Shown here piece after piece: positions 19,542 through 33,074 of a stretch of 64,000 nucleotides of DNA (positions are counted from its first letter, which is position 1; every line of letters starts with the position of its first letter). The DNA is taken from the NCBI RefSeq assembly GCF_009914755.1, contig NC_060928.1; one strand, written 5' to 3'. Position numbers and translations under genes: made by a program. Source of the DNA: the human T2T-CHM13v2.0 reference genome, Homo sapiens. The notes below the pieces were generated by a model. It did no database searches. It was not told where the DNA came from and worked only from the letters and a program-made list of their open reading frames with translations.

Positions 19542-20317
19542 TGTATCAGTTTTTCCTCATATTGCTATAAAGTACTACCGGAGACTGGGTAATTTATAAA
19601 GAAAAGAAGTTTAATTGGCTCATGGTTCTGCAGGCTATTCAGTAAGGATGGCTGAGGAGGCCTCAGGAAACTCAGAATCATGGTGGTATGCAAAGGGGAA
19701 GCCCACATTGTACCTGGCTGGAGCAAGAGGAAGAGAGTGAGGGGGGAGGTGCTACACACTTCTTTTTTTTTTTTTTTTTGTTAGAAATCTTTCTTTTTTT
19801 TATTATTATACTTTAAGTTTTAGGGTACATGTGCACATTGTGCAGGTTAGTTACATATGTATACATGTGCCATGCTGGTGCGCTGCACCCACTAACTCGT
19901 CATCTAGCCTTAGGTATATCTCCCAATGCTATCCCTCCCCCCTCCCCCCACCCCACCACAGTCCCCAGAGTGTGATATTCCCCTTCATGTGTCCATGTGA
20001 TCTCATTGTTCAATTCCCACCTATGAGTGAGAATATGCGGTGTTTGGTTTTTTGTTCTTGCGATAGTTTACTGAGAATGATGATTTCCAATTTCATCCAT
20101 GTCCCTACAAAGGACATGAACTCATCATTTTTTATGGCTGCATAGTATTCCATGATGTATATGTGCCACATTTTCTTAATCCAGTCTATCATTGTTGGAC
20201 ATTTGGGTTGGTTCCAAGTCTTTGCTATTGTGAATAATGCTGCAATAAACATACGCACACTTCTAAACAACTGTATCTCCTGAGAAATCATTCACTCTCA
20301 TGAGAACAGCAAAGGGA
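19542..20317 (-). mobile_element. MaLR LTR (MSTA-like), interrupted by a young L1 and truncated by an ERV1 LTR
   Basis: tgtatcag...gagactgggtaatttataaagaaaagaagtttaattggctcatggttctgcaggct...gctacacactt[L1]ctaaacaac...catgagaacagca. Confidence 0.85.
19764..20255 (-). mobile_element. Very young 5'-truncated L1 (L1PA2/L1Pt-like), about 490 bp
   Basis: Near-consensus 3'UTR with CpGs retained (ggtgcgctgcacccactaactcgtcatctag). 9-bp TSD CACACTTCT at 19755-19763 and 20256-20264. Confidence 0.92.
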
Positions 20318-20959
20318 CGTTACATTGCTCCTTTAATTCCGTTGTCTTCCGACGGCTGTGTGTTAACAGCTCAGTTGGCCCCTTGCCTTGTGACATGGGG
20401 TGACTGCCTTCCATTGGTGAGGGCAAAGGGCTGGTGGGACTGCCTTTCTGGGTACCCACACTTATTGGATCCTGAGCTCTTGTCCTTGTTCAAGAAGAAT
20501 GAGATCACATAGGGACTTGAAGAATTGTGAAGGCAGAGAATCATACTGAGCAGTGGAAATGGCTCTCAGTGGAGAGGGGAGCTGGAGAGTGAATGGGAAG
20601 GGCAGGTAGTCTTTCTTGAAGTGAGGTCATCTTCTCCTCAAAGTCCAGTTGTCTATTCCCCAAAGTCAAGCTAACTCTCTTCCCCAAAGTCCAACTGTCT
20701 GCCCACTCTACCAACTGAGTATGGGGAATTTAAAGGCACAGGATGGGGACAGGGCAGGCTGTAGGTATTTTTGGAAAAGGCAACATTCAACTGGTCAAAA
20801 GACATTATTCAGAAAGAACCAATCCAGAGAAAGCAGGCAACAGGAATAGAAGTTTTCACTTTGGGCCGTGGGTTTTAGGCTACTTTGGCTTGAAGGTGGA
20901 GTTTCACTGGGGACTCATCCCTGTCTGCCTAGGCATTCAGCTGCCTCCTGCTGTTTTTA
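20318..20959 (-). mobile_element. ERV1 solo LTR of the LTR27/MER61 group
   Basis: Minus start gcaggaggcagctgaatgcctaggcagacaggg...gtgaaactccaccttcaagcc...tctgaataatgtcttttgaccag, homologous to 10298-10500. Confidence 0.72.
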
Positions 20960-22352
20960 ATATTGATGTTAACATGTTCTTCAAACTTCTGTAAATGCCT
21001 GGATATTGTCTGAGAGAGCCTGACCAATAGAAGGACTGTTGCAGAGTATTTTGCAGAACCCAAGGAAAGACCCATAAGAAAAAAAAATGATTTGGTGTCA
21101 AATTTCAATTTGAAATTGAAGTTATCATCACTTAATTAATCACAATTAAGCAAAAAGAAATATTTGTCCAGTAGCAAAGGTTAAACCTAAAGAGTGACTG
21201 TTGACTGGAAGGATCGTGAATATTTAGAATGGCAGATTATTGTGGTTATTTCCAAGGAGATATTAAAGAAAAAAAAACTGAAAAATAAACATAGTTAGGA
21301 GTCTGTTTCTCATATAAAGGTATATCATATTCAGAGGACAAATAACAACTGAGTTCTAAAGTACCTACTAGAGTGAAGTGTTTACGATTCAAGGTAAAAT
21401 ATTTAAAATGTGGTAATCTATAGGACACTTTTTCTCATTTTACCACCATTGCAAATCCAGATGAATGAAATTCTTTTTTCTGAACAAAATCAATTTAAAC
21501 AAAGGACAGGTCACTTACCTATATACATGAAAACTAATAAAACTGCCTATCAAGTAAAAAAAAATTTCAGCCATAATGCCTTTGCTGTGAAGAAACAGTT
21601 ATACATGTGAAATAAAATGTACTAAATTTTCTTCATTAGGCAGACACAATGAATAATTTTTTTTCACTTTCTTTACTCTTCTAAAAGAGTTTACTTAACA
21701 ACTGAGGGAAGTAATGGAAGTACATTCCCATCCTCATGGAATTTGCTGAAGAACGTTATTACAGATGCTACAAATTTTAGTGTAAAATTTTGGTTAATTA
21801 TATGAGATAATGTTTCTAAACAAGAAAGACTTAACATGTATAATTATATTTAACCTGAAGCAAATGTTTAGACAATGTATTTATGCTGAGAGTAATATAA
21901 AACATTTAGGACCTGAATTATATCTTAAAATATTGGCTACTTTAAACAGTAGCCTTTCTTTATCTTATCTCTTATAATACTGTTCAAGTACTCTTTATAT
22001 TTTATTTTGTTTGGCAATATTTCGTATCATTTTGCTTCAGAAATACAATATCCTGAATATAAAATCTAGAACAACAATGTTCCTGCGAGATACAGAAAAC
22101 AAATCTTAATAAAAGAAACAATAGATAAGACATTCAACATTGCTAAGGAAATATTTACCTTTAGAACTTGATCTAATAACCCCCCACTATATGGAAGAAT
22201 ACATTATCGTGAATGTATGAGAATTACTTTAACATCATCCTATGTTACAATTCTTTTAATAGCCTGTTAGGGGTGGAGAATCTTGGAATTACACCTGTAA
22301 AGTTATCATGAATTTGTAGTCTTAGTTACTGTGTTAAAAGAAAAAATATATC

Positions 22353-22740
22353 TGTATGAGCTAGGCTTGCCATACAAAGTATTGGGCAATTTAAACAACA
22401 GATATTTATTTCTCACAGCTGTAGTGGCTAGAAGTTCAAGCTCAACATACTTGTAGGTTTGGTTTCTCCTGAGGCCTGGCTTCTTGGCTTGCACATAACC
22501 ATCATCTTGCTGTGTCTTCTCATGGTCTTTCCCCTCTTCAAGGGCGTCCCCAGTGTCTCTCTTTGTGTCCTAATCTTGTCATGTAGGAACCCCAGTCTGA
22601 CTGGACTATGACCCACTCTGATGGCCTTATTTAAGTTTGCCTCTTTAAGGACTTTTTCTCCAAATACAGTCGTGTTCTGAGGTACTGGGGTTAAGAGCTT
22701 CAACATATCAATTTCTGGAGATGCAATTTAACCCATAAAA
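22353..22740 (-). mobile_element. MaLR LTR (MLT1A/B-like)
   Basis: aaacaacagatatttatttctcacagctgtagtggctagaagttcaag...tccaaatacagtcgtgttctgaggtactggggttaag. Confidence 0.8.
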
Positions 22741-22994
22741 ACATCCTATGCTGTTTGTATTTAGGATACAAATTGTCTTAGTTGTTTTTTCTTAGATATA
22801 TCTTCCAAACTGTGAAAACAGATACAAAATATGACAGAATATTTTCAAGCATCTTCAAAGATAATTTAAATTTCTTAGAATTTTATTTTTTAAAAATCTC
22901 ACTTCTTGCTTAAGTATTTATTTTAATGAAAATAAGAGAAAAAAATATTAGAAAGAAGCTAATAAAGTGTCATGATAAGAGGAAAACAAAGGAA

Positions 22995-23605
22995 CAACAT
23001 TTTTTCCCCACCAGTATTATATTAGATTTTTGGCTGTACACCCTTATCAATATATTGTGTTATCAGTCTTGTTATCTTATGACATTCTAATGGGTATATA
23101 GTGTTATTGCATTATAATTTTAGTTTTTATTTCTCTAAAGACTTATGATGTATGTACTCATGAACTCATTAGCCATTCATTATTTTGTTCAATATTTTTT
23201 ATCAGTTCCTCTTTTTGTAATTGAGTTGCAGAAGCTATTTATACGTTCTCCATAAACATCCTTAGTAAGAAATAGGTGTTACAAATATTTCTCCAAGTCT
23301 GTAAATTGTACATTTATTTTTGCAACATTTTATTTTGATGCACACAGGTTTTCATTTTTCCATCTGATGAAATCTAATTTAGAAATTATTTTCCTTTTAT
23401 TTTTGTCTAAGAAATCATTGTCCACATTTAGGTTGCAAAAATATTCTTCCATATTTTATCAAGCAGATTTATAACATAAACTTTTATATTTAGATCAAAT
23501 ATTCATCTGATAATATTTTTTTTCAGTACGGTATGTGTTAAAGGTTGAGGTTTATTTTTATCCATGGAAATATCCATTTTTTAAACCACTATTTGTTGAA
23601 ATATT
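22995..23605 (-). mobile_element. Old L1 (L1M-type) ORF2 3' fragment
   Basis: cattctaatgggtatatagtgttattgcattataattttag...ttgagttgcagaag...caaatatttctccaagtctgt; highly diverged. Confidence 0.6.
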
Positions 23606-23964
23606 TACTTAGATTTAGTGTTATTTTAAAATATATTCTTTACTATTTCCAGGTTCCCTTATATTAAGGTTTTTTTCTGATTAAATTGTCATCGATTTAG
23701 TGTAGATGAAGTTTTCTCAGACTGTACTATATAACTTAATATGCCCTCATTTTGCCTTTATAGAGGAATTCTATCCTGGAAAACTATAGAAGTCTTGTAA
23801 CGCTAGCCTTTATTCTCGATAGTATACCTATGCTAGTTCACTGCTTTTTAAATGTTAATGTGGACTGGAAATGACTGGGAACTTCTTTATTTAGTTAGCG
23901 TTCTCAAAATAAAATAAAATCTATGGACATAGCAAAACTGAAGATGGTAGCTAATTATGGTATT

Positions 23965-24356
23965 TGCTATGGTAAGGAGGCATCCCAGAAAATTCATGTG
24001 TTGGAAACTTAAACCACAATTTTGGGAGGTACAGCCTTTGGGAAAGCGTTTAGGTCATGCCTTCATAAGCGGACTAATGTTGTTATAAAAGGGTTCGGTG
24101 AAGGAAGATTTGCCCTTTTAAATCTCTTTTATCCCTTCCACCATGTGAGAACATACAAACAGCATCCTTTCCTTCTGGAGGGTGCAGCAACAAGTCACCA
24201 TCTTGGAAACACAGATTGGTCTCCCCTCAGATACTGAACTGCCACTACCTTGATCTTAGATTCCCAGCCTCCAGAAGTGTGCAAAATAAATTTCTGTTTT
24301 TTATAAATTACCAAGTTTTTGGTATTTTGTTATAGCAGCACAAATGGACTAAAATA
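23965..24356 (+). mobile_element. MaLR LTR (MSTC/MSTD/MLT1A-like)
   Basis: tgctatggt...aattcatgtgttggaaacttaa...cccagcctccagaag...gttatagcagcacaaatggactaa. Confidence 0.78.
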
Positions 24357-24780
24357 GTACCTAATTCAATCATTGAAGTGCTTGGATTTCTAGAGTGATA
24401 ATTTTGAGTCAACAGAAGGAAAAATGAGTTAATAGTGCAAAAACAATGATGTTTGCATAAATTAACGAATATTTATTCAAAGAGTGTGGTAAATAGTATT
24501 CCTCATCTTTATGAGGTTTTTAATAACTCTCACAAGGAGTTTTAATATAAAAGCCTAGCCTCAGGAAGAGCCCTTATCTTATAATTTTAAGTTCAATGTT
24601 TCACAGTTTATGTTAGAAATTGACAAAATAGATATAATACAGAGGATAAATTCCCTGGAAATTATGCAGTGTTAAAGAAAAAGTTAATGGAAGTACTGAT
24701 GCATTAATAAGACAAGAAACTTCAATGTTTGTTACCTTAAAAAGGAGTATTTTTATATCATGTCACTCTAGAATGGAATG

Positions 24781-25133
24781 TAATATGGTTTGACCCCATC
24801 CAAATCTCAGCTTGAATTGTATCTCTCAGAATTCCTATGAGTTGTGTGAAGGACCCAGGGGAAGGTGATTGAATCATGGTGGCCAGTCTTTCCCGTGCTA
24901 TTCTTGTGATAGTGAATACATCTCATGAGATCTGATAGATTTATTAGGGTTTTCTGCCTTTGCTTCTTTCTCATTTTCTCTTGCTGCCACCATGTATGAA
25001 GTGCTTTTTGCCTCCTGCCATGATTCTGAGGCCTCCCAAGCCATGTGGAACTCTAAGTCCAATTTTACCTCTTTTTCTTCCCAGTGTCCTTCCCAGTATG
25101 TCCTTATCAGCAGTGTGAAATTGGACTAATACA
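24781..25133 (+). mobile_element. THE1 (THE1B/C-like) solo LTR
   Basis: taatatggtttg...ccaaatctcagcttgaattgta...ctgccatgattctgaggcctccc...ggactaataca; TSD gaatg/gaata. Confidence 0.88.
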
Positions 25134-26890
25134 GAATATGCCCTAAAATCATACATATTTGACTCAGAAAAGTTTAGTTTCATATTATCTCTTAAACTCA
25201 GTATTGCTTCAAATTGATTAATGTTAATTTTTAATCTATTTTCAGTGGATGGCATATATAAAATATACACGATTTTTCTCTAAGTAATTGTAGAAGATAT
25301 TGTTTCTTTGAACTGAGAGAGGCTGAAGTAGATAATTTTTTTTTTCAAATTCAACTTTTCTTTAGTCCTAGAGATTTTAGTATCTCAATTGTGGCCACAT
25401 TAAGAGGCTGAGGAGGATTCCAGTTGTACATCCTTTTTTCAAACAATGGGGTCTTCTTTTATCATTGTTATAGATTGGACTGCCACAGCCATTTTCAATG
25501 AAGAAAGTGGTTAAAATAGAATTTAAATCCCTCTAAAATAGATTGTTTTAGTGCTTTTTTAACTCCACTAGCTCATGATCTTTGACTATATGGTTCAGTT
25601 GGTTTGTGGAAACCAATCCTAACTCTATTTTTATCAGATGTAAAATAACCAGAGGTAGAAATATCCTGCTGCAGCTTTCAAAATAGATTAAACAAGCAAA
25701 TATGTCTGCAATAAAATAACATGCAATTTACATTTACAACCAAGTAATAAAAGCAAATTTGCATGAAATTAAAGAAAATGTACATTTAAAAGTTTGCTTC
25801 TGAGAATCAGTTGAGTTTGTCATAAATTAAATTATGTGCAATGTTATGTATATTATCTATATATTATGTCTTTTAGTTTCCTCCAAACTCTTGGATCATC
25901 TTTATTTTGTGGGATTTGTGGCATTGCAAGATGTAGACCCAAGACACAGCCTAATGATCACATTTACAATTTGTGTATTTCAGTTAAATCATTCAACCTA
26001 GATCCTTTATTTCATTAACTGTAGGAAAGAAGGAATAAATAGTTTTCTTGCTTATTTTTGATTATTTTAGTATTATGAGGATTTCTTTAGAGAATAGTAC
26101 TGAGGATGTGTAAACACAACACAGACCGTGGACTCTCATTAATGTTACATCAAAACTACATTAAATAAAATGATGTTATCTGAAGACCTGCTGTATTTAA
26201 TCATGTAACCAATAATTGCTACTTTCCCCACAAATGAGTTATATTCTTGCTGATATGATTACTTTTATTTTAAATCTGGACTATTGGCTCATATTATAAA
26301 TTCCAGGATACATTTTTTTAAAGATACAGCTTGAGTTCACTGTTTAACAATAATGACAACAAGAAATATTTCTTGATTACTTGCCAATGGTTAAAATAAA
26401 GCAATTAAGATTTCTTTGGTATTGTTACATTAATTAAACTCTTATTTCCTTTTCTCAAAAATTTCATTATTGGAATTGGGGAATGATAAAGTATTCTTTT
26501 ATTCAACAAAACATTTTTGTAGCACTGATTGAGTAAAATAGAACTTTAACCTAACATCATTTGAAATGATACATATAATGCTAATAAAGCCATTCTTTTA
26601 AAAATCATTTATTGAGTCTAGTTTGTAAAAGGTGTTAGACAAAGAATCTCAATTTAAGATGGATTAAATTAAATTCCTATAAACAAATAGATCAGAGATA
26701 GAGAAAGAAGTAGAGATGGAAAATCATGTTACACAGGTGTTCGTGGATAAAATATCTATAGCAGTACTAAGTAAAATACTCTACATTTTCCTCCATGATT
26801 CTTGTTGAAAATAGTAGGAACAAGTAAGTTAGGAAATTATGTGAGGAGTCACAGATATTTAATTCTGAAGCTAAATTTTTTGGTCAAAGC

Positions 26891-26956
26891 AGGGATTTGA
26901 GAGAGAGTCAAGAATTGTGTGCCTAGGGATTTGCAAGAGAGTCAAGAATTGTGTGC
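26891..26956. repeat. 34-bp tandem duplication
   Basis: agggatttg(ag/ca)agagagtcaagaattgtgtgc twice, starting at 26891 and 26925. Confidence 0.85.
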
Positions 26957-27200
26957 ATATATACGTATGTGTTTAGGTGTCTGGGTGACATGATCCTTCT
27001 TAGAAAAATAGGAAATTAGATTTTAGATGAGAAAGTAGACTGGTACATAATTACTGATAGTGTGAATTATCTAGAAGCTTAATTATTGTGAAAGGGGTCC
27101 ATAATAGTTTCATAAATTAGTCACACTTAACCGTAGTAATGATAATTAATGCAGAGCCAGAGAGGCAATGGCTCAGGACACATTATAAATTTAATGCCTA

Positions 27201-27567
<367 letters not shown>

Positions 27568-27914
27568 TTAGCCTCCCGATGAACTTGAATCCATTACTCT
27601 GAAGATTGTTCTGATGCAGAAATAAAGATTTAAGCAGATTTACATTTAAAATTTGTGACTAAATAGGTATTTGCATTGAATAAATATATATTCTTTGATC
27701 TTATTCAGCAAATTGGGAAAGTGCTCTTAGAAAGAGAAAAGTTTAAAGATTAATATAAATTTATAAAAATGACATCTAAAAAGACTTCTCTTTTTAAGAG
27801 CAGGCCTCATACATGCCAAGAAAGAATTAAGTTATGGTTCATAACATATCTGCTTCATGATTATAATTTTTAGAGTGCCAAAAGGCTATTAGAAACAGTT
27901 AAGGATAAACAATT

Positions 27915-28115
27915 GTCTGGAATATAGTCTATGCCAGATATTGAGCTAAGCACTTTATGTATTATCCCTAATTCATTTACAGAGCAACTCAGAGATGTGT
28001 ACATTTAATATCCACAGTGTTGCAGACATGAAAATTGAATTAGAGAAGGTTATTAACTCACCAGTACTACAGCTTTTGACAGCAATAAGACTCTCTTCTT
28101 GAGGTTCCAATCTTC
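27915..28115 (+). mobile_element. MIR fragment
   Basis: tatgccagatattgagctaagcactttatgtattatccc...tgcagacatgaaaattgaattagagaaggtt. Confidence 0.55.
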
Positions 28116-28159
28116 AGATATAAATGCCGAGTCAAATTGCAAAGGTGATATTGATACCA

Positions 28160-28612
28160 TAATAGGTAGTTTATGGAAAGACGTTAAACACGGCCAAAAT
28201 TTCTTTCGCAGATCTTACACTATGAGGCGGGATCTATTTCTTTGCCCATTGATTCTGGCATATCATAACTTGCTTTGGCCAATAATGATGCGCAAGTGAT
28301 GGCTGAATTTTAGTCGAGGTTTCAAAAACATTTGCCACTTTGCCTTATGCCCACTTGCAACACCGCTGTATGTCCGCTTTGTTGTGAAGCCCAGGAAAAA
28401 AAGATCTCATAGGAAGAGAAAGCCAGTCACCCAAGTTAGTCCAACTAAGGTTTACCCCCAACCTAACCACCAGCTGCATGCAGCCAAATGAAGACCTCCA
28501 GGTGAAAGCAGCAGAGGAACTACCCCACCAACTTTAGAATCATGAGAAATAATACATCATTATAGAGTCCAAAGTTTGTGGCGGTTTTTAAACAGCTATT
28601 GATAACTGAAAC
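28160..28612 (+). mobile_element. Old MaLR LTR (MLT1-type)
   Basis: tgctttggccaataatgatg...agaatcatgagaaataat...aagtttgtggcggttttt...gataactgaaac. Confidence 0.55.
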
Positions 28613-31600
28613 GACCACATTTAAAAGAGAGGTTTTAATAAAATAGCAATGAAAGCTATATGTGTTTTTAAAAGAAACAGGCTTACATTTTGTAATTTCT
28701 CTTTGTTTTCCATATAGATGCATTTTTTTAATTTTTGAGAAGTAACTACTTTTCAAAGGTGATTGAGGGAGTTTATGAAGCACGAGGTATTTTATTTCAT
28801 CTTTAATTCCATAGCAACCCAGTGTATGAGATTATTAAATCTTAAAATCAGCAATTTGTCATTTTCCTTCTAGAAGATTAAGTATGTGGGAGTTTGAAAA
28901 TGATAGGCTAAAATATATGTATATGTGTACACATGTATTTATACGCCATTTGAAGAAACAAATGGAAACTTTTTGCAACAAACTATTATCAAGATTCGAG
29001 GGAAAATGTAGAAAAATGTTCTACATGTAAAAAATTTTAAGTGTTTGAGTCCTATAGTCTTCTAATCTTTTTAAAATTATACCTGATAAACTAGTTCTAA
29101 TAAAAATCTTTAAAGAATCTCTATTTGAGATTATGCCAAATTCTGAATATTTTTAGCTAGTTATATAAAAATAGTAATTTACTCATGATGTTTGAAAAGC
29201 AAAAAAAAAAAAACAAAGAAATGTTATTTATATGAATGTGATAAAGACAGTATCAGAAAATTATGTCATAATTTATTGCATAATTACAGGCTGCATTATG
29301 TTTTATTCACTATTTACTTCTATGGCATGAGTTAAAAAATGTTAAATAATTAAAATCTTTAAAATGAGTTAAAATGCATTTCATAGCCAAAAGTAATTAT
29401 TTAGAGTACTTATAAAAATATTGTGTTTATTAACAGAATAAAATATCACCTGTGTGTCTTTTTGGATGTCAAATGTGATTAGCATACATTGTAAAATGAT
29501 TACTTGCCAGATCTCCTAAAATGAAACTGTTTCAAAAGTGTTGAAATTTGTATTTCTTCAGTGAATTGATTAAAATATAGAACAATGCTTGAATTACTCA
29601 GATTATTAAAATGATGTCTATTATTGTGTTTTGAAATTAGCATATAAGAAGAATTTATTTGTAATGACAAACATTTAAAATATATTTACTTAATTAAGTC
29701 ATACTAATGAGCTAATATCTAATGTACTTGCTGTAATCTTACTAAGCAATAAATCTGTTATGTAATCTCTTTTAAAGATAAGCTATTTTAATATGGTAAA
29801 TTATTTGCTTTCTATTTATATTACTGCAAATTTATATGTGTGTGTATATGTATATATATATTTAAGTTACCTATATTAGAAAAAATATACAAATTATCTT
29901 TTTCTTTATATATGTGCATATATAAATTGCCTTTTTGAGGGTTAGGAGATGATACATTTAAAATGTACATACTAAAAGTACGTGATGATACAGGGTTATT
30001 GGAGTAAGTTGTATGAAGTTAACCAGTTGTACATAAAATTCAAACTATTGTGTTAGCCATTTTTCAAGTTAAGTTGTTGGTGTATTATCTGACATTTTTG
30101 TATTAGTTTATTTATTTTAGTAGTACACCTACAAATATAAAAGTTTGACTGCTTTTATTATTTTGACTAAGCCAGAGCAGCAACTTTTTATAGAGCATGA
30201 AACCAGTTATTCTAAATATTAGAACTCTCAGTAATTTAAGCACAAATCTATTTTAAATACTTAAGTGAAATACATTTGAAGTAGTACTGACCTACTGACC
30301 TAGTTTTTAGTGCAAGGTAACTGAACTGAACTATGGAATATGCCAATTGTTCAATTCTTAACATGAAATGGGAGAAGGATCCTAAATAGAAGTAAAAGAA
30401 GCAATTATAGATCAGAAAAGGAGTGGAGGGACTAAAGATTGCAATACGAAGAAGGTGGGTTTAATGTTAAATCTATTAATATTTGTAAAGCCCTTCAAAT
30501 ATTCCTGGTACATATGAAGCAACATATCTATCTATCTATCTATATGTATGTATCAACATATCTATGTTAAATAAATACTAGAAAAATGAATAGAATTATA
30601 GTAAAATAAAATAATTAAGAAAGCTATTCTTGCTGTTAGGTGTAGTGTAGATTAAACAGAAAATGTAAGCATAGGGACAATTGTATAATCAGTTCATGAG
30701 GTAATAGGGACATATTCAATCAAATACCTCTTATTATAAAAATTTAACTTAAAGATTAGGTACAATTGTTTAGAACCCACTAATCTAACACAGTGATTTT
30801 ATTTTAAATGTATTGAGGCAATTCTATATAAATGTTGGTTTGATTAAAGAATAAATTTTGATAATGTTAAATATAATTCACATGTTTGCAGTGGTGTTAA
30901 TAGCTGTAGAATTCAGAAGACAGGGGACAACCTGCTTATCGAAGGTAAGCCAAATTATAATTCAACAACTAGAAAAACTCATGCAAACTATTATAATTGT
31001 ACTGATACTTGGAAACTTTGTTTTATGATTTTGAATCATATAGCAGGAAGCACAGATGGAGGAATGATAACATGAAAATTTCCACTTGAAATAGATTAAA
31101 TTCAATAATCATACTGGATTTCTAATGTATATAAGCACACTCTTTATAACCGGTAGAGGCATCCTGCTTGCCTCTTAGTGATAAATGCTCTGATTTTGTG
31201 TGTCATTGCATCTCATTTCATATCTTGGCAGGATGTAATAATTTCATAATAAATGAAAACATATTTAAGCACATAGTTGGATGCAAACAGCAATTGGTAA
31301 TCTTCCATATTTATTTCATTTCATTCCATTTATAGTTGCACTTGTAATTAAGAAGAGAGTAAACTAATGATGCTTGGGCCCATATACCAGCATAACCTCA
31401 AAAATACTGGAAAAATCTAATCAAATGAAAATTTTGTTCAAATGTTAGTGTTTCAAGCAAAACATTATTTTTTATATTTAAAATACTTTTAGTTGGTAAA
31501 TTAGAGCAAAATCTATTTAAAATATTAAGTCAAAAGTGAATTTAACCAAAACATAAATCTGAAGCAAATGTTATTATGAATAATTTTCAGCCTAGCTACT

Positions 31601-32588
31601 CTTTGAAATATGCTTCTAGGTGCATATAACAAATGCGGTAATACAGAGGATAGAAAACCATTCAACATTTCTCTAAGATACAAACTTATTATGGAAATAG
31701 AATGTCATAAAACAAGCCGCTTAAGTCAGTATAAATTATGAATCCTAAATATTGACCTAAATTGCAGTTCTTATGTTTTGTTAGAGGCTATGTTCTGTCT
31801 TCCTGAAATGTATTGCTTCTACTGCTTTTGTACATAGAAGCAATTTGAATAAAAACACATTGTGCTTAATTGAGCAGCTAATTATATGAAAATGGCTGTC
31901 AGTCAAGCAGTAGTAATTGGCTATTTTCAAAATAAACAATGGTTTAGTGAATTTGACTTTTTTCTCACTACAGTCTCTGTGTACACAATTCTATAATTGC
32001 TATTTTTGATATATGTTCAAAATGGAATCCCTATATCCTATGAATGTGAAAATAAGGGCTCCATTTGCTTTTTACTGAATTATAGTCAATGAATAGTAAA
32101 ATGCTTTCCAAATAAAATATTTTAGCTCAAAATAGATATTTTTAAAGATATATCCATTTTGTGCCAAATACTTGATATTGTCAATCTTTATTTTCTAAGA
32201 TTTTGCTCCTGTAAATAGAGGTTCTGTCTCTACACCTGGCATTAAATCGCTCATATGTGATTCTAAAATGCAAGGACTATGAACTCTCTGCAAAATAGCA
32301 CAAGGCTCTTCATGACCTACTCTTGTCTATTCTTCAGCATCATGTTTTATCAGTCTTCCATATGTACCAAAGATAGTGATTTAAAGTTTAAGCGGAATGC
32401 TTATATATTAATAATAAATAGAATACCAATTTTACTTCCTCAAATGCATAATATTATCTTTTGCCTTAATATTTTGGATATGCATGTCCTCTGTCTAAAA
32501 TGCCTCCCTCTGATACAGCTATTAAAACATGCTTCCTAAATTTTATGACAGTGGTGAACTCCCACAGCAATAGAGGCCATAGTGTAGC

Positions 32589-33030
32589 TGTGATGGTTAA
32601 TACTGAGTGTCAACTTGATTTGATTGAAGGATACAAAGTATTGATCCTGGGTGTGTCTGTGAGGGTGTTGCCAAAAGAGATGAACATTTCAGTCAGTGGG
32701 CTTGGAAAGGCAGACCCACCCTTAATATGGGTGGGCACAATCTAATTAGCTCCCAGCATGGCTAGAATATAAGCAGACAGAAAAATGCAAAAAGGGAGAC
32801 TGGCCTAGCCTCCCAGCCTACATCTTTCTCCTGTGCTGAATGCCTCCTGCCCTCGAACATCAGACTCCATGTTCTTCAGTTTTGGAACTCAGACTGGTTC
32901 TCCTTGCACTTCAGCCTGCAGATGGCCTATTGTGGCACCTTGTGATCATGTGAGTTACTACTTTAAAAAAACTCCCCTTTATATAGATATACCATTAGTT
33001 CTGTCCCTCTAGAGAACCCTGACTAATACG
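32589..33030 (+). mobile_element. MLT2A 5' LTR of HERV-L
   Basis: TGTGATGGTTAATACTGAGTGTCAACTTGATT...TCTAGAGAACCCTGACTAATAC, followed by gattttggtgccatgagtgg (PBS region). Confidence 0.93.
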
Positions 33031-33074
33031 GATTTTGGTGCCATGAGTGGTTGTAGAGGAACAGAATATTAAGG

